This document shows, one piece after another, positions 48,856 to 58,436 of a stretch of DNA of 64,000 bases (positions within the stretch are counted from its first letter, which is position 1; every line of letters starts with the position of its first letter). A model generated the notes under the pieces. The model had not been told where the DNA came from and did no database searches. It saw nothing but the letters and a program-made list of their open reading frames with translations. The translations under genes were made by a program, and so were the position numbers. This DNA comes from an uncultured Desulfobacter sp. (GTDB lineage Bacteria; Desulfobacterota; Desulfobacteria; Desulfobacterales; Desulfobacteraceae): the NCBI GenBank assembly GCA_963665095.1, contig OY762069.1:1088001-1152000 (forward strand). The letters run 5' to 3'.

Positions 48856-50155
48856 GTTGTTGCATATAAAAAACATCTAAAATTATTCAAAAAAACGTCA
48901 TTTTTATGTTGACAAATGTGCGTATAAATTTTTGCGCGCCTTGAAAAATTTTATCAAGGAGCCCAAATGACGCGCATTTCAATTACCAAAGCCACAATAC
49001 AGTCCCTGAATTTTGACAAGTTTCGTGACCCTCTGATAAGGTCGTTTCCACAAGCACCAGAATTGAAATCTCGAGGAGACCGACCGTTAAAAATGACATT
49101 CGAAGACCAGATAAATGCCCTGATTTATTTCCATCTGCAGGAACACAAATCAGCCCGGCATTTAGTCCAAGATCTCAAGGAAAATATTTTTGCCAAAGAA
49201 CATATTGCTCCGGAAGGCGGTATCAGCCGCAGTAGCTTTTGCGAAGCAGTCAACCACCGAGGGCTTGAACAACTGCAATTTTTGTTCGAAGACCTTTATA
49301 AACAGGCTGTTGGGTGTCTACCAAAGGAGCATGCTGAGTTGGGCGATCTGGTATCCATTGACGGCAGTCTTATAAATGCTGTTCTTTCAATGCATTGGGC
49401 CAACTACAGGAAAGGAAGCAAGAAAGCCAAAGCACATTGCGGATTTGATATTAATCACGGCATTCCAAACAAAATATTTCTGACAGAGGGCAATGGAGCT
49501 GAGCGTCCTTTTGTTCCAAAGATACTTTCCAAAGGGCAAACTGGTGTCATGGATCGTGGTTATCAATCACATCACGATTTTGATCTGCTTCAGGCGCAGG
49601 GCAAGCATTTTGTTTGCCGTATAAAAGCCAAAACAACCAGAACGGTAATTGATACTCACGAAGTCAACGCTGACAGTTACATCTTTTATGACGCTCTGGT
49701 TCTTCTTGGCACTCCGAATCAAAACCAGACGAAAATGCCGGTTCGGGTTGTTGGCTATAAAATTGCCGGTGTGAAATACTATGTGGCAACGGACAGGCAT
49801 GATTTAACAGCAGAACAAATAGCGACCGTTTATAAACTCCGGTGGACCATTGAAGATTTTTTCAAATGGTGGAAAGAGCACCTGAAAGTTTACCACCTCA
49901 TTGCCCGTAGTGAATATGGCCTCATGGTGCAAATCCTTAGTGGCCTCATCACGTACCTGTTGCTGGCAATCTATTGCCGAGACGAATTTAACGAGAAGGT
50001 TTCTGTTAAAAGGGTTCGACAGCTAAGAACAGCCATCTTGAATGATCTGATCGAGCAGAACTAGGGTGCGACTGAGGGTTTAAACAGAGACAATATTGTC
50101 AAAGATCAAAAAATCACAAGTACAGCGCAAGCAAAAACCTAACCGGACACTACTG
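48839..50155 (+). mobile_element. IS4-family element, copy 1 (1317 bp)
   Basis: Terminal IRs CAGTAGTGTCCGGTTAGGTT / AACCTAACCGGACACTACTG. Confidence 0.95.
48967..50064 (+). CDS. IS4 transposase, shortened by 26 aa through a CAG>TAG change
   Basis: SIDGS, MDRGY, YKLRWTIEDFFK (YREK); TAG at 50062 where copy 2 has CAG. Confidence 0.9.
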   Translation: MTRISITKATIQSLNFDKFRDPLIRSFPQAPELKSRGDRPLKMTFEDQINALIYFHLQEHKSARHLVQDLKENIFAKEHIAPEGGISRSSFCEAVNHRGLEQLQFLFEDLYKQAVGCLPKEHAELGDLVSIDGSLINAVLSMHWANYRKGSKKAKAHCGFDINHGIPNKIFLTEGNGAERPFVPKILSKGQTGVMDRGYQSHHDFDLLQAQGKHFVCRIKAKTTRTVIDTHEVNADSYIFYDALVLLGTPNQNQTKMPVRVVGYKIAGVKYYVATDRHDLTAEQIATVYKLRWTIEDFFKWWKEHLKVYHLIARSEYGLMVQILSGLITYLLLAIYCRDEFNEKVSVKRVRQLRTAILNDLIEQN

Positions 50156-50966
50156 CATTAAAAACCTTTTGGGCAATAAAACACCTGATGAGATAGTTCC
50201 TCTTGATATCGATCGTCTCCTTAGATCAAAGGGACTTAAAGACAAGGCCCCGGCAACCAAGCGCAACACCTTGGAGCTATTAAGACGGATCATAAATTTT
50301 GGTATCAACCGAAATAGATGTGAGCCCCTTAAATTTAAATTAGAGCTTCCCACTGTGGATAACGAAAAGACAGAAGAACTGACAACAGAGCAGTTGACCC
50401 GGCTTTTAGAGGTCCTTGACACAACGGCGGACCAGCAGGCTGCAAATATTATGAAAATAGCGCTGTTCACAGGCATGCAACGGGGGGAAATTTTCAAGCT
50501 TGAACACCGGGACCTGAATTTTGAAACCGGATTTATTACCTTACGTGCCCCCAAAGGCGGCAAGGATCAAAAAATCCCCATGAACGCCACTGCCCGGCAG
50601 ATACTTGAAAGTCAAGAAAAGGTTGAGGGTAGCCCTTATGTTTTCCCTGGAAGGTCCGGCAAAAAGCGTGTTTGTGTAAAAAAGGCTGTGAATAACATTA
50701 AAGAGGAAGCAGGCATCCCCGAAGGTTTTAGAGCTCTGCATGGTTTAAGGCACGTTTACGCCTCTATGCTGGCCAGTTCCGGACAGGTTGATATGTACGT
50801 CCTTCAAAAGCTCATGACGCATAAAAGCCCCAAAATGACACAATGGTATGCCCATTTAAGAGACGATGCTTTAAAGAATGCCGCAGGACAGCTTGATGAT
50901 ATCATCAGAAAACAAGGGGAAACAGCCCTGGAAAAAAAGGTTGTGAATATCCAGAAAAACAGATAG
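50156..50966 (+). pseudogene. Tyrosine integrase, 5'-truncated by IS4
   Basis: FTGMQRGEI, HGLRH.YAS, LMTHKSPKMTQWYAH; the N-terminus is missing and there is no proper start. Confidence 0.88.
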
Positions 50967-50977
50967 ATCCCCTGGCC

Positions 50978-51006
50978 TTGATTTGAATACTAAAAAATAG
51001 TATATT
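50978..51006 (+). promoter_or_regulatory. Promoter and operator of the toxin-antitoxin operon
   Basis: TTGATT - 17 bp - TATATT, overlapped by the ATACTA-N5-TAGTAT palindrome (50987-51003). Confidence 0.65.
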
Positions 51007-51012
51007 ATTCAC

Positions 51013-51291
51013 ATGAGTTGGACAGTAACATTAACAAAGAAGGTGGCGAAGGCAATAACCAAGTTACCAGTATCGGTTAGGCAGTCTCTGTTTGTCTTGC
51101 TTGGAGAGATTGAGTTCAATGGGCCTGTCCGTGGTAATTGGAAAAATTACAGTAAGCTTGGAACTACCCGACACCATTGCCATTTAAAAAAAGGGCAACC
51201 AACCTATGTTGCTGTCTGGGAAGTCACAGATCAAGAAATAAAACTGATAGAGGTGATATATGTTGGATCACACGAAAAAGCCCCATACTAA
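51013..51291 (+). CDS. RelE/ParE-superfamily toxin
   Basis: WTV.LTKKV.K...KLP, GP..GNW.NYSKL, HCHL, IEVIYVGSHEKAPY. Confidence 0.8.
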   Translation: MSWTVTLTKKVAKAITKLPVSVRQSLFVLLGEIEFNGPVRGNWKNYSKLGTTRHHCHLKKGQPTYVAVWEVTDQEIKLIEVIYVGSHEKAPY

Positions 51292-51616
51292 AGTGACGCT
51301 TTTATTTGAAGGCCCTGCTGAAAAACAAAAAGAGGCCATTGAGGCTTTAAAAAAATTGGGGTTCAGCAGTACCGGAAATAATTCCCCTTCCATCCCTTGG
51401 CGTGAGGCCTTTAAAGAATTCGAGAGCAATAAACCTGGAACCAGTCTCGCCGGGGCCAGAGGGAAGGAAGGACTTACCCAGGTTCAACTTTCCAAATTGA
51501 CCGGTATCCCCCAGAGGCATATTTCCGAAATGGAGAGGGGAAAGCGCCCCATCGGGAAAAAGAATTCAAGGCTGTTTTCAAAAGCCTTGAATATTGATTA
51601 CAGGGTGTTTCTTTGA
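51260..51616 (+). CDS. XRE-family HTH antitoxin (HigA-like)
   Basis: LAGARGKEGLTQVQLS..TGIPQRHISEMERGKRPIG; overlaps the toxin gene. Confidence 0.85.
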   Translation: MLDHTKKPHTKVTLLFEGPAEKQKEAIEALKKLGFSSTGNNSPSIPWREAFKEFESNKPGTSLAGARGKEGLTQVQLSKLTGIPQRHISEMERGKRPIGKKNSRLFSKALNIDYRVFL

Positions 51617-51634
51617 TTATGGAAGGGCTGTAAA

Positions 51635-51961
51635 ATGGCCGAAAAAATAAACACGGAATCCATGCAGGACATGGACGATTTTATCATTGATCAACTCAGG
51701 GAATCCCCGGAGCTGATCCCGGATCTGTTAAAAAGCACTATCCAGGACCTGACTGCCGAAGAAGACAACTTCAAAAGCGTGATGAAGACTCTTTATTATA
51801 TCACTCGGGCCAGAGAAGGCGGAGTGTCTGAATTATCAAGAAAAACCGGATTGACCCGGCAGGTACTTTACCGGCTTTTTAAAAATGGAAATTCGACATT
51901 GAAAACCCTTGCCAGTGTCATAAACGGCTTGGGTGTCAGACTGGATGTTTATGCACAATAA
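51635..51961 (+). CDS. Addiction-module antidote-like HTH protein
   Basis: RAREGGVSELSRKTGLTRQVLYRLF..GNSTLKTL..V...LGVRL. Confidence 0.75.
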   Translation: MAEKINTESMQDMDDFIIDQLRESPELIPDLLKSTIQDLTAEEDNFKSVMKTLYYITRAREGGVSELSRKTGLTRQVLYRLFKNGNSTLKTLASVINGLGVRLDVYAQ

Positions 51962-51973
51962 GGGCAAGGTATT

Positions 51974-52333
51974 ATGGCAAGTAAGACAATGAAAATAGGC
52001 ATCATGTCAAAAGACGATTACAAACAACGGACCATTGCCATTGCCAAGGGAGAATACAAACCTCGCAAAAACGAACCCAAAGTATGGTTTGAATCCATGG
52101 AATTCCTGGGCCAGGTATTAAGCGGCCAAAATCAAAACTTATTGAAATTAATTCGAGACCAGCACCCGGCTTCCCTGGTTGAACTGGAAGCATTATCAGG
52201 CCGGAAGAAATCAAATCTTTCTCGGACCCTGAAAACCCTTTCAAATTATGGCATTGTTGATCTGATCAAAGAAAAGGGTATGGTTCGCCCCATTGTCAAC
52301 GCCACAGACTTCCAGGTTGAATTAAGACTGTAA
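51974..52333 (+). CDS. Winged-HTH regulator / antitoxin-like protein
   Basis: RTIAIAKG...EPKVWFES...VLS..N..LL..I....PASL.EL..LSGRKKSNLSRTLKTL..YGIV. Confidence 0.75.
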   Translation: MASKTMKIGIMSKDDYKQRTIAIAKGEYKPRKNEPKVWFESMEFLGQVLSGQNQNLLKLIRDQHPASLVELEALSGRKKSNLSRTLKTLSNYGIVDLIKEKGMVRPIVNATDFQVELRL

Positions 52334-52441
52334 TTTCTTTTCCTCAGGATAGGTCTGTGGTCGCTCCCTATGACCGAACAGGCGGTTTCCTGGCCGCCTT
52401 TCCTGGGAATTTATCAATCAGGTCTCATAGAAGGAGATGAT

Positions 52442-52737
52442 ATGCAGGATCAAAACTTTTTTGCTGATTTAGATCTCATTGAATTAAAAACTCAAGCAAT
52501 AAAATGGTTCAATCAATTTCAATGCATTCAAGGTATCTATTTATACAAAGCAAGCGATCATCTCTCTAACCTTCGAGTATATATAATTGCAATCGTAACT
52601 CCACCGCAGCCAACACTATCTGAAAATGAGGAATCAATCTGGACTGACACTTATTGGAAGACGGCAAGGGATGGCGGAATTGAAGCCCATGAAAAGGCGT
52701 TAAAAAACATAAAAGATCCAGAACTTCGATTAAAAAT
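52442..52737 (+). pseudogene. Hypothetical protein truncated by IS4 copy 2
   Basis: GGAG SD then ATG 52442; the frame runs into the IS4 IR at 52738. Confidence 0.55.
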
Positions 52738-54054
52738 CAGTAGTGTCCGGTTAGGTTGTTGCATATAAAAAACATCTAAAATTATTCAAAAAAACGTCAT
52801 TTTTATGTTGACAAATGTGCGTAAAAATTTTTGCGCGCCTTGAAAAATTTTATCAAGGAGCCCAAATGACGCGCATTTCAATTACCAAAGCCACAATACA
52901 GTCCCTGAATTTTGACAAGTTTCGTGACCCTCTGATAAGGTCGTTTCCAAAAGCACCAGAATTGAAATCTCGAGGAGACCGACCGTTAAAAATGACATTC
53001 GAAGACCAGATAAATGCCCTGATTTATTTCCATCTGCAGGAACACAAATCAGCCCGGCATTTAGTCCAAGATCTCAAGGAAAATATTTTTGCCAAAGAAC
53101 ATATTGCTCCGGAAGGCGGTATCAGCCGCAGTAGCTTTTGCGAAGCAGTCAACCACCGAGGGCTTGAACAACTGCAATTTTTGTTCGAAGACCTTTATAA
53201 ACAGGCTGTTGGGTGTCTACCAAAGGAGCATGCTGAGTTGGGCGATCTGGTATCCATTGACGGCAGTCTTATAAATGCTGTTCTTTCAATGCATTGGGCC
53301 AACTACAGGAAAGGAAGCAAGAAAGCCAAAGCACATTGCGGATTTGATATTAATCACGGCATTCCAAACAAAATATTTCTGACAGAGGGCAGTGGAGCTG
53401 AGCGTCCTTTTGTTCCAAAGATACTTTCCAAAGGGCAAACCGGTGTCATGGATCGTGGTTATCAATCACATCACGATTTTGATCTGCTTCAGGCGCAGGG
53501 CAAGCATTTTGTTTGCCGTATAAAAGCCAAAACAACCAGAACGGTAATTGATACTCACGAAGTCAACGCTGACAGTTACATCTTTTATGACGCGCTGGTT
53601 CTTCTTGGCACTCCGAATCAAAACCAGACGAAAATGCCGGTTCGGGTTGTTGGCTATAAAATTGCCGGTGTGAAATACTATGTGGCAACGGACAGGCATG
53701 ATTTAACAGCAGAACAAATAGCGACCGTTTATAAACTCCGGTGGACCATTGAAGATTTTTTCAAATGGTGGAAAGAGCACCTAAAAGTTTACCACCTCAT
53801 TGCCCGTAGTGAATATGGCCTCATGGTGCAAATCCTTAGTGGCCTCATCACGTACCTGTTGCTGGCAATCTATTGCCGAAACGAATTTAACGAGAAGGTT
53901 TCTGTTAAAAGGGTTCGACAGCTAAGAACAGCCATCTTGAATGATCTGATCGAGCAGAACCAGGGTGCGACTGAGGGTTTAAACAGAGACAATATTGTCA
54001 AAGATCAAAAAATCACAAGTACAGCGTTAGCAAAAACCTAACCGGACACTACTG
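52738..54054 (+). mobile_element. IS4-family element, copy 2 (1317 bp)
   Basis: Same terminal IRs as copy 1; about 10 substitutions relative to copy 1, counted by eye. Confidence 0.95.
52866..54041 (+). CDS. IS4 transposase, full length (391 aa)
   Basis: DDE and YREK motifs; AAGGAG SD; stop lies inside the right IR. Confidence 0.93.
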   Translation: MTRISITKATIQSLNFDKFRDPLIRSFPKAPELKSRGDRPLKMTFEDQINALIYFHLQEHKSARHLVQDLKENIFAKEHIAPEGGISRSSFCEAVNHRGLEQLQFLFEDLYKQAVGCLPKEHAELGDLVSIDGSLINAVLSMHWANYRKGSKKAKAHCGFDINHGIPNKIFLTEGSGAERPFVPKILSKGQTGVMDRGYQSHHDFDLLQAQGKHFVCRIKAKTTRTVIDTHEVNADSYIFYDALVLLGTPNQNQTKMPVRVVGYKIAGVKYYVATDRHDLTAEQIATVYKLRWTIEDFFKWWKEHLKVYHLIARSEYGLMVQILSGLITYLLLAIYCRNEFNEKVSVKRVRQLRTAILNDLIEQNQGATEGLNRDNIVKDQKITSTALAKT

Positions 54055-54129
54055 AAAGCAAATATGAAAACTCCCCAATTTAAGCTAATTTTAGGCGCAC
54101 CTCACCAGAAACCCCGCGTACAGAGAAAA

Positions 54130-54528
54130 TCAATTCCAATACTCAACTGCCGGGATCTGGGAGACTGAAAAGTCATAAACCAACTCAGAAATGGGCTCAG
54201 AAATAACCGCCTGCGGTGGATCATGGTTGTGAATATCCCATAAGCCCAGGTGCCGCAAAATCTTTTCGATAATATCAAGATCTTCGATAAAAGAAATAAT
54301 TTTCATTTGGCCCTGACATTTTGGGCAAACCAAAGGATCAACTTCATAAATTTTTTGGATTAACCTGGCCCAATTTTGCCTTGCTTCTTTTGAAGACATC
54401 TTATTTTGCATAATTGTCGGGATTGTGTTATCAGTTTTCGCCTTCTTTCTCATCCCCCTGGACTTGTTAGAAAAGTGACCATAGTAACGAACGGTATGCT
54501 CGTATCTTCCTGGAATATGTGTCACCAA
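54130..54528 (-). pseudogene. IS91-like (Y2/HUH) transposase C-terminal remnant
   Basis: HIP....TVRYYGHFSNKSRG and WARLIQKIYEVDPLVCPKCQGQMKII. Confidence 0.8.
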
Positions 54529-54669
54529 CCTGGCACCCCATCTCTTGCAAAGAAAGGCCCCCGAAACAAGGTTGCAAAGAGAGCGTCATTTGTATATGTC
54601 AGTATAAGTCTCAAAAGAGATAATTGGTTCAACTCATAACCGTTCATTTTTCAATATGGATTGTCAACA

Positions 54670-55128
54670 ATGAGATCAACCGCAACACTTTTTGTTTCGA
54701 TTTGTCTGGTACTTCTCGGGGGCACATCCGGATATGCATCCCAGGACAAGGCCCGCGCCGTTAAAATAATTTCTGACCTGAATCATGGTGGCGGCTGTGT
54801 CGGGACCTACCATGCCCTGCTTGTGGGAATTAATGACTACAAAGACCCGGGCATTCCGGATCTTGATACCCCGGTGAACGATGTCAATGAGATGACAACC
54901 CTGCTGAAGGATAAGTATGGCTTTAAGGTGAGTCGGCTGATCAACAGTAAAGCGTCAAGATCAGGAATTTATAATGCTTTGAGGCAACTTGTGGCCACAG
55001 CAAAACCGGAGGATTCCGTGCTGATTTATTATTCTGGGCACGGGGGGGCAGGATAAAATTGTCGGAGGGGGATACTGGGTGCCCTGGGATGCAAAACACG
55101 GGAATTCCGATTCTTATTTTGATAATGT
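54670..55128 (+). pseudogene. Secreted caspase-like (peptidase C14) protein, frameshifted and truncated
   Basis: Signal peptide, ALLVGINDY..L.TPVND, LIYYSGHG; continues after the G7 run as GYWVPWDA...SYFDN. Confidence 0.8.
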
Positions 55129-55240
55129 ACCCCGGCAGGTTTGCCGATGGGCAGTTACGCACCCTGCAACGGAGAATAAAGCATTGGCGTGCTACAGAAG
55201 GCCCGCCCAAAGAAATTTTTTTTGCTCAAATTCATAAGCT
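55128..55240 (+). pseudogene. IS21-family IstA transposase fragment
   Basis: YPGRFADGQLRTLQRRIKHWRATEGPPKEIFFAQIH. Confidence 0.7.
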
Positions 55241-55254
55241 TGGCGAATTCAAGA

Positions 55255-55303
55255 TGTGGGGAAAATGAAAAACACTCTTGGGTGTGGGGAATAGTGTGGG
55301 GAA
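55255..55303. repeat. Three TGTGGGGAA direct repeats (candidate integrase arm sites)
   Basis: Copies at 55255, 55283 and 55295, about 50-100 bp beyond the tRNA 3' end. Confidence 0.65.
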
Positions 55304-55311
55304 CAAATTAC

Positions 55312-55343
55312 AAAGGCTCCCAGCAAAACCGCTGAGAGCCTTT
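55312..55343 (-). terminator. Hairpin downstream of the tRNA
   Basis: AAAGGCTCCCAGC...GCTGAGAGCCTTT. Confidence 0.65.
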
Positions 55344-55350
55344 ATTTATT

Positions 55351-55427
<77 letters not shown>

Positions 55428-55485
55428 ACAACGTCCGTCAATATAGATCAAAGGTCTTTTAGAGTCAAGAATTTTTTCACAATAA

Positions 55486-56454
55486 TCAAATATTTAATGT
55501 AACAGCTTGTTTTAGCTCTTCTATTGAAGCTGTAGCTGTTCCGATTTTTGCGACAACAATGCCTGCGGCAAGATTAGCAAGCCCGGCAGCTGCCTCAAAT
55601 GAAGCGCCGGATGCCAGACCCAGTCCCAGAATCGAAATAACCGTATCCCCTGCTCCGGACACGTCAAACACCTGCCGGGCTCTGGACGCAATGGTCACCG
55701 ACGGCATACCTGCTTCAAACAGGGCCATACCGTCTTTGCCGCAGGTTATGAGCAGTTTTTCAACACCGGCACGCGCCATAATCCGGCTGGCAGCAGTTTC
55801 AATATCTTCCAGGGTGTGGATATCAAGGCCGGCAGCCAGCCCTGCCTCCTTTTTATTCGGGGTTAATACGGTCACGCCGGTATATTTGGAAAAATCCATG
55901 GATTTAGGATCTGCCAGGGTTAGAACACCTGCTTCGCTTGCCAGTGCAACAATCCTGGCAACAAGCTCACGGGTGACAAGACCTTTAGCGTAATCTGAAA
56001 TAATTACCAGATCCATCCGGGAAACAACATTGGCTAAAATATCTTCCAGCTTGTTAAAGATATCTTTACTGATATCGCTGGTAATTTCCCTGTCAATGCG
56101 CAGCACCTGCTGACTGGAGGCAATGATCCTTGTCTTTCGTGTTGTGGGACGTTCGGGCTCGCTGACAACGCCAGTGGTATCAACCTTAAGCTCCCTGAGT
56201 TTATCCAGAACATCCAGGCCTGCCCGGCCGGTTCCCACGGTTCCCACTGCAGCGACGTTTGCTCCCATGGCCACCAGATTGTTGATGACATTGCCGGCCC
56301 CGCCCAAAGTGCGGCTTTCCTTTTCCACCGCCACCACAGGCACCGGGGCTTCTGGTGAAATCCTGTCCACCCGGCCCCACAGATACTCGTCAAGCATGAG
56401 GTCACCGATAACCAGCACATTGAGCTGGCTGAATGTATCAATATTTATCATCAC
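55486..56454 (-). CDS. rfaE1: D-glycero-beta-D-manno-heptose-7-phosphate kinase
   Basis: GDLMLDEY..G.V.RISPEAPVPV, LGGAGNV, SDYAKG, TPNKKE, DVSGAGDT. Confidence 0.93.
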   Translation of the reverse strand: MMINIDTFSQLNVLVIGDLMLDEYLWGRVDRISPEAPVPVVAVEKESRTLGGAGNVINNLVAMGANVAAVGTVGTGRAGLDVLDKLRELKVDTTGVVSEPERPTTRKTRIIASSQQVLRIDREITSDISKDIFNKLEDILANVVSRMDLVIISDYAKGLVTRELVARIVALASEAGVLTLADPKSMDFSKYTGVTVLTPNKKEAGLAAGLDIHTLEDIETAASRIMARAGVEKLLITCGKDGMALFEAGMPSVTIASRARQVFDVSGAGDTVISILGLGLASGASFEAAAGLANLAAGIVVAKIGTATASIEELKQAVTLNI

Positions 56455-57056
56455 GCTTCAAGCTTTTCGATGAGTATCGCTTTCAGTTCGTCATAGGAAC
56501 GGGTAATGGGGATATCAGGAAAATCCTGGGTAATGGACTCTGGTGGTTTAAAGAAAAACCCCTGGTCAGCAGCCTGGATCATGCCTGTGTCGTTATAGGA
56601 ATCCCCAAATGCAATAACATGGTAGTTCAGTCCCTGAAGTGCTTTGACGGCACGGGCTTTCTGATTGTCGATTCTCAGGTTATAACCGGTGATCCTCCCC
56701 TGGCCATTCACTGTCAGATTGTGGCACAACAGGGCAGGATAGCCAAGCTTTGCCATTAAAGGCCCTGCAAATTCTTCAAAGGTGTCGGAAAGGATGATGA
56801 TCTGGGTCCGTTCCCTGATCCAGTCCAGCATCTGTCTCGCCCCCGCAAGGGGTTCAAGCCCTGCAATGACATCCTGAATATCTTTGAGTTTTAAATTGTG
56901 CTCGTCCAGAATGGAGAGGCGCTTGGTCATAAGGACATTATAGTCACTGATATCCCGGGTGGTTAGTTTAAGCTCTTCAATCCCGGTCTTCAATGCCACA
57001 TTGATCCATATTTCCGGCAGGAATACCCCTTCCAGGTCAGCAACAAGTATCTTCAT
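56451..57056 (-). CDS. thrH: Phosphoserine phosphatase / homoserine phosphotransferase
   Basis: DLEGVFLPEIW, TTRDI.DY..LM, ILSDTF, GDSYNDT.M. Confidence 0.93.
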   Translation of the reverse strand: MKILVADLEGVFLPEIWINVALKTGIEELKLTTRDISDYNVLMTKRLSILDEHNLKLKDIQDVIAGLEPLAGARQMLDWIRERTQIIILSDTFEEFAGPLMAKLGYPALLCHNLTVNGQGRITGYNLRIDNQKARAVKALQGLNYHVIAFGDSYNDTGMIQAADQGFFFKPPESITQDFPDIPITRSYDELKAILIEKLEA

Positions 57057-57122
57057 TCCTTTTACCTTTTATACTATATGTAATTTGTAATATTTTTTCC
57101 CGGCCAGCCGGGAAAAAATCAG

Positions 57123-58436
57123 TTACTCACAATCATCATCTTCGATGCGGATGACCACTGGATTGCCGATTACACAGTCCGTGGTGGCAATTTTCGACAG
57201 GGCTGCTTGAACCCGGCACTCTTCGGCCAGGTGAGTCAGCATGACAATGGGTACCTGCCCGTCAATATTACGTCCTTTCTGGTGCACTGATTTAATACTG
57301 ATATTGTTTTCACCAAGAATTCCTGAAATTGTGGACAGAACCCCTGGATGGTCCTGGGCGTTAAACCGAAGATAATAGCGAGTGGAAAGTTTTGCCATGG
57401 GCAGGATAGGAATTTTTTTAATATTTTCTTCAGGACACCCCAGGGTTGGAATTCTGCACCGGGTGCCCACAAGAAGATTTCTTGCAATATCGGCAATATC
57501 GCTGAGCACAGCTGACGCTGTTGGCATCATACCTGCCCCGTGGCCGTAAAGCATTGTCCGGCCCGTGGCATCCCCGTCAATGGCAATGGCATTCATGGAG
57601 TGGTCTACATAGGACAGTGGGTTGGAACCGGGAATCATGGTGGGGTGGACCCGGGCTTCCACATGATGTTCATGTTTTTTGCCAATGGCCAGAAGTTTAA
57701 TAGTATAGCCGAATTCCTTTGCAAACCCGATATCTGACGGCCCGATATTTCTGATCCCTTCCACATGAATATCATTCAGGTTGATCTCCATGCCATAGGC
57801 TAAGGCAGAAAGAATCGCAAGCTTATGGGCCGTGTCATGGCCATCAATATCCAAGGATGGCTCTGCTTCAGCAAACCCGAGTTCCTGGGCTTTCTTTAAA
57901 ACCGTTTCGAATTCGGAACCATCCTGGGTAATTTTACTTAAGATATAGTTGCACGTGCCGTTTAGTATCCCGCTCATGGCCTGGATATCATTGGCCACCA
58001 GAGACTCCCTTAACGATTTGATAATGGGCATGCACCCGCCGCAGGAAGCTTCAAATGCCAGATCCACCTGGTTTTCTTTTGCCTTTGCCACAAGATCATT
58101 GCCAAAGGATGCCAAAAGCGCCTTGTTGGCCGTCACCACATGTTTTCCGCTTTGAAGGGACCTGAGAATAAAATCCTTAGCCACGGTGCTGCCGCCGATG
58201 AGTTCTACAATAATATCAATATCGGGATCATTGATTACCATGGCCGCATCATTGACAAGCAGGGTATCTGTCAAATCAATGCCACGGTCTGTTGTTGTAT
58301 CAATATCAGCAATGGCTTTAAGGTTCAACCGGGCACCGGTTCTTGCCTCAAGCAGCTGTTTTTTTTCTTTGAGCAGCTTTGCCACCCCTGCACCCACCAC
58401 ACCAAATCCAAGTATGCCGATTTGAATTGTTTTCAT
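57123..58436 (-). CDS. hom: Homoserine dehydrogenase with an ACT domain
   Basis: GFGVVG, VVTANKAL, EASCGG.MP, GILNGTCNYIL, GFAEAEP..DIDG.D, GAG..PTASAV. Confidence 0.95.
   Translation of the reverse strand: MKTIQIGILGFGVVGAGVAKLLKEKKQLLEARTGARLNLKAIADIDTTTDRGIDLTDTLLVNDAAMVINDPDIDIIVELIGGSTVAKDFILRSLQSGKHVVTANKALLASFGNDLVAKAKENQVDLAFEASCGGCMPIIKSLRESLVANDIQAMSGILNGTCNYILSKITQDGSEFETVLKKAQELGFAEAEPSLDIDGHDTAHKLAILSALAYGMEINLNDIHVEGIRNIGPSDIGFAKEFGYTIKLLAIGKKHEHHVEARVHPTMIPGSNPLSYVDHSMNAIAIDGDATGRTMLYGHGAGMMPTASAVLSDIADIARNLLVGTRCRIPTLGCPEENIKKIPILPMAKLSTRYYLRFNAQDHPGVLSTISGILGENNISIKSVHQKGRNIDGQVPIVMLTHLAEECRVQAALSKIATTDCVIGNPVVIRIEDDDCE

Noticed and set aside
50062..50064. Pyrrolysine readthrough of TAG in the IS4 transposase
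   Set aside because: The sister copy has CAG, so this is a simple C>T nonsense change, and no pyl genes are in the window.
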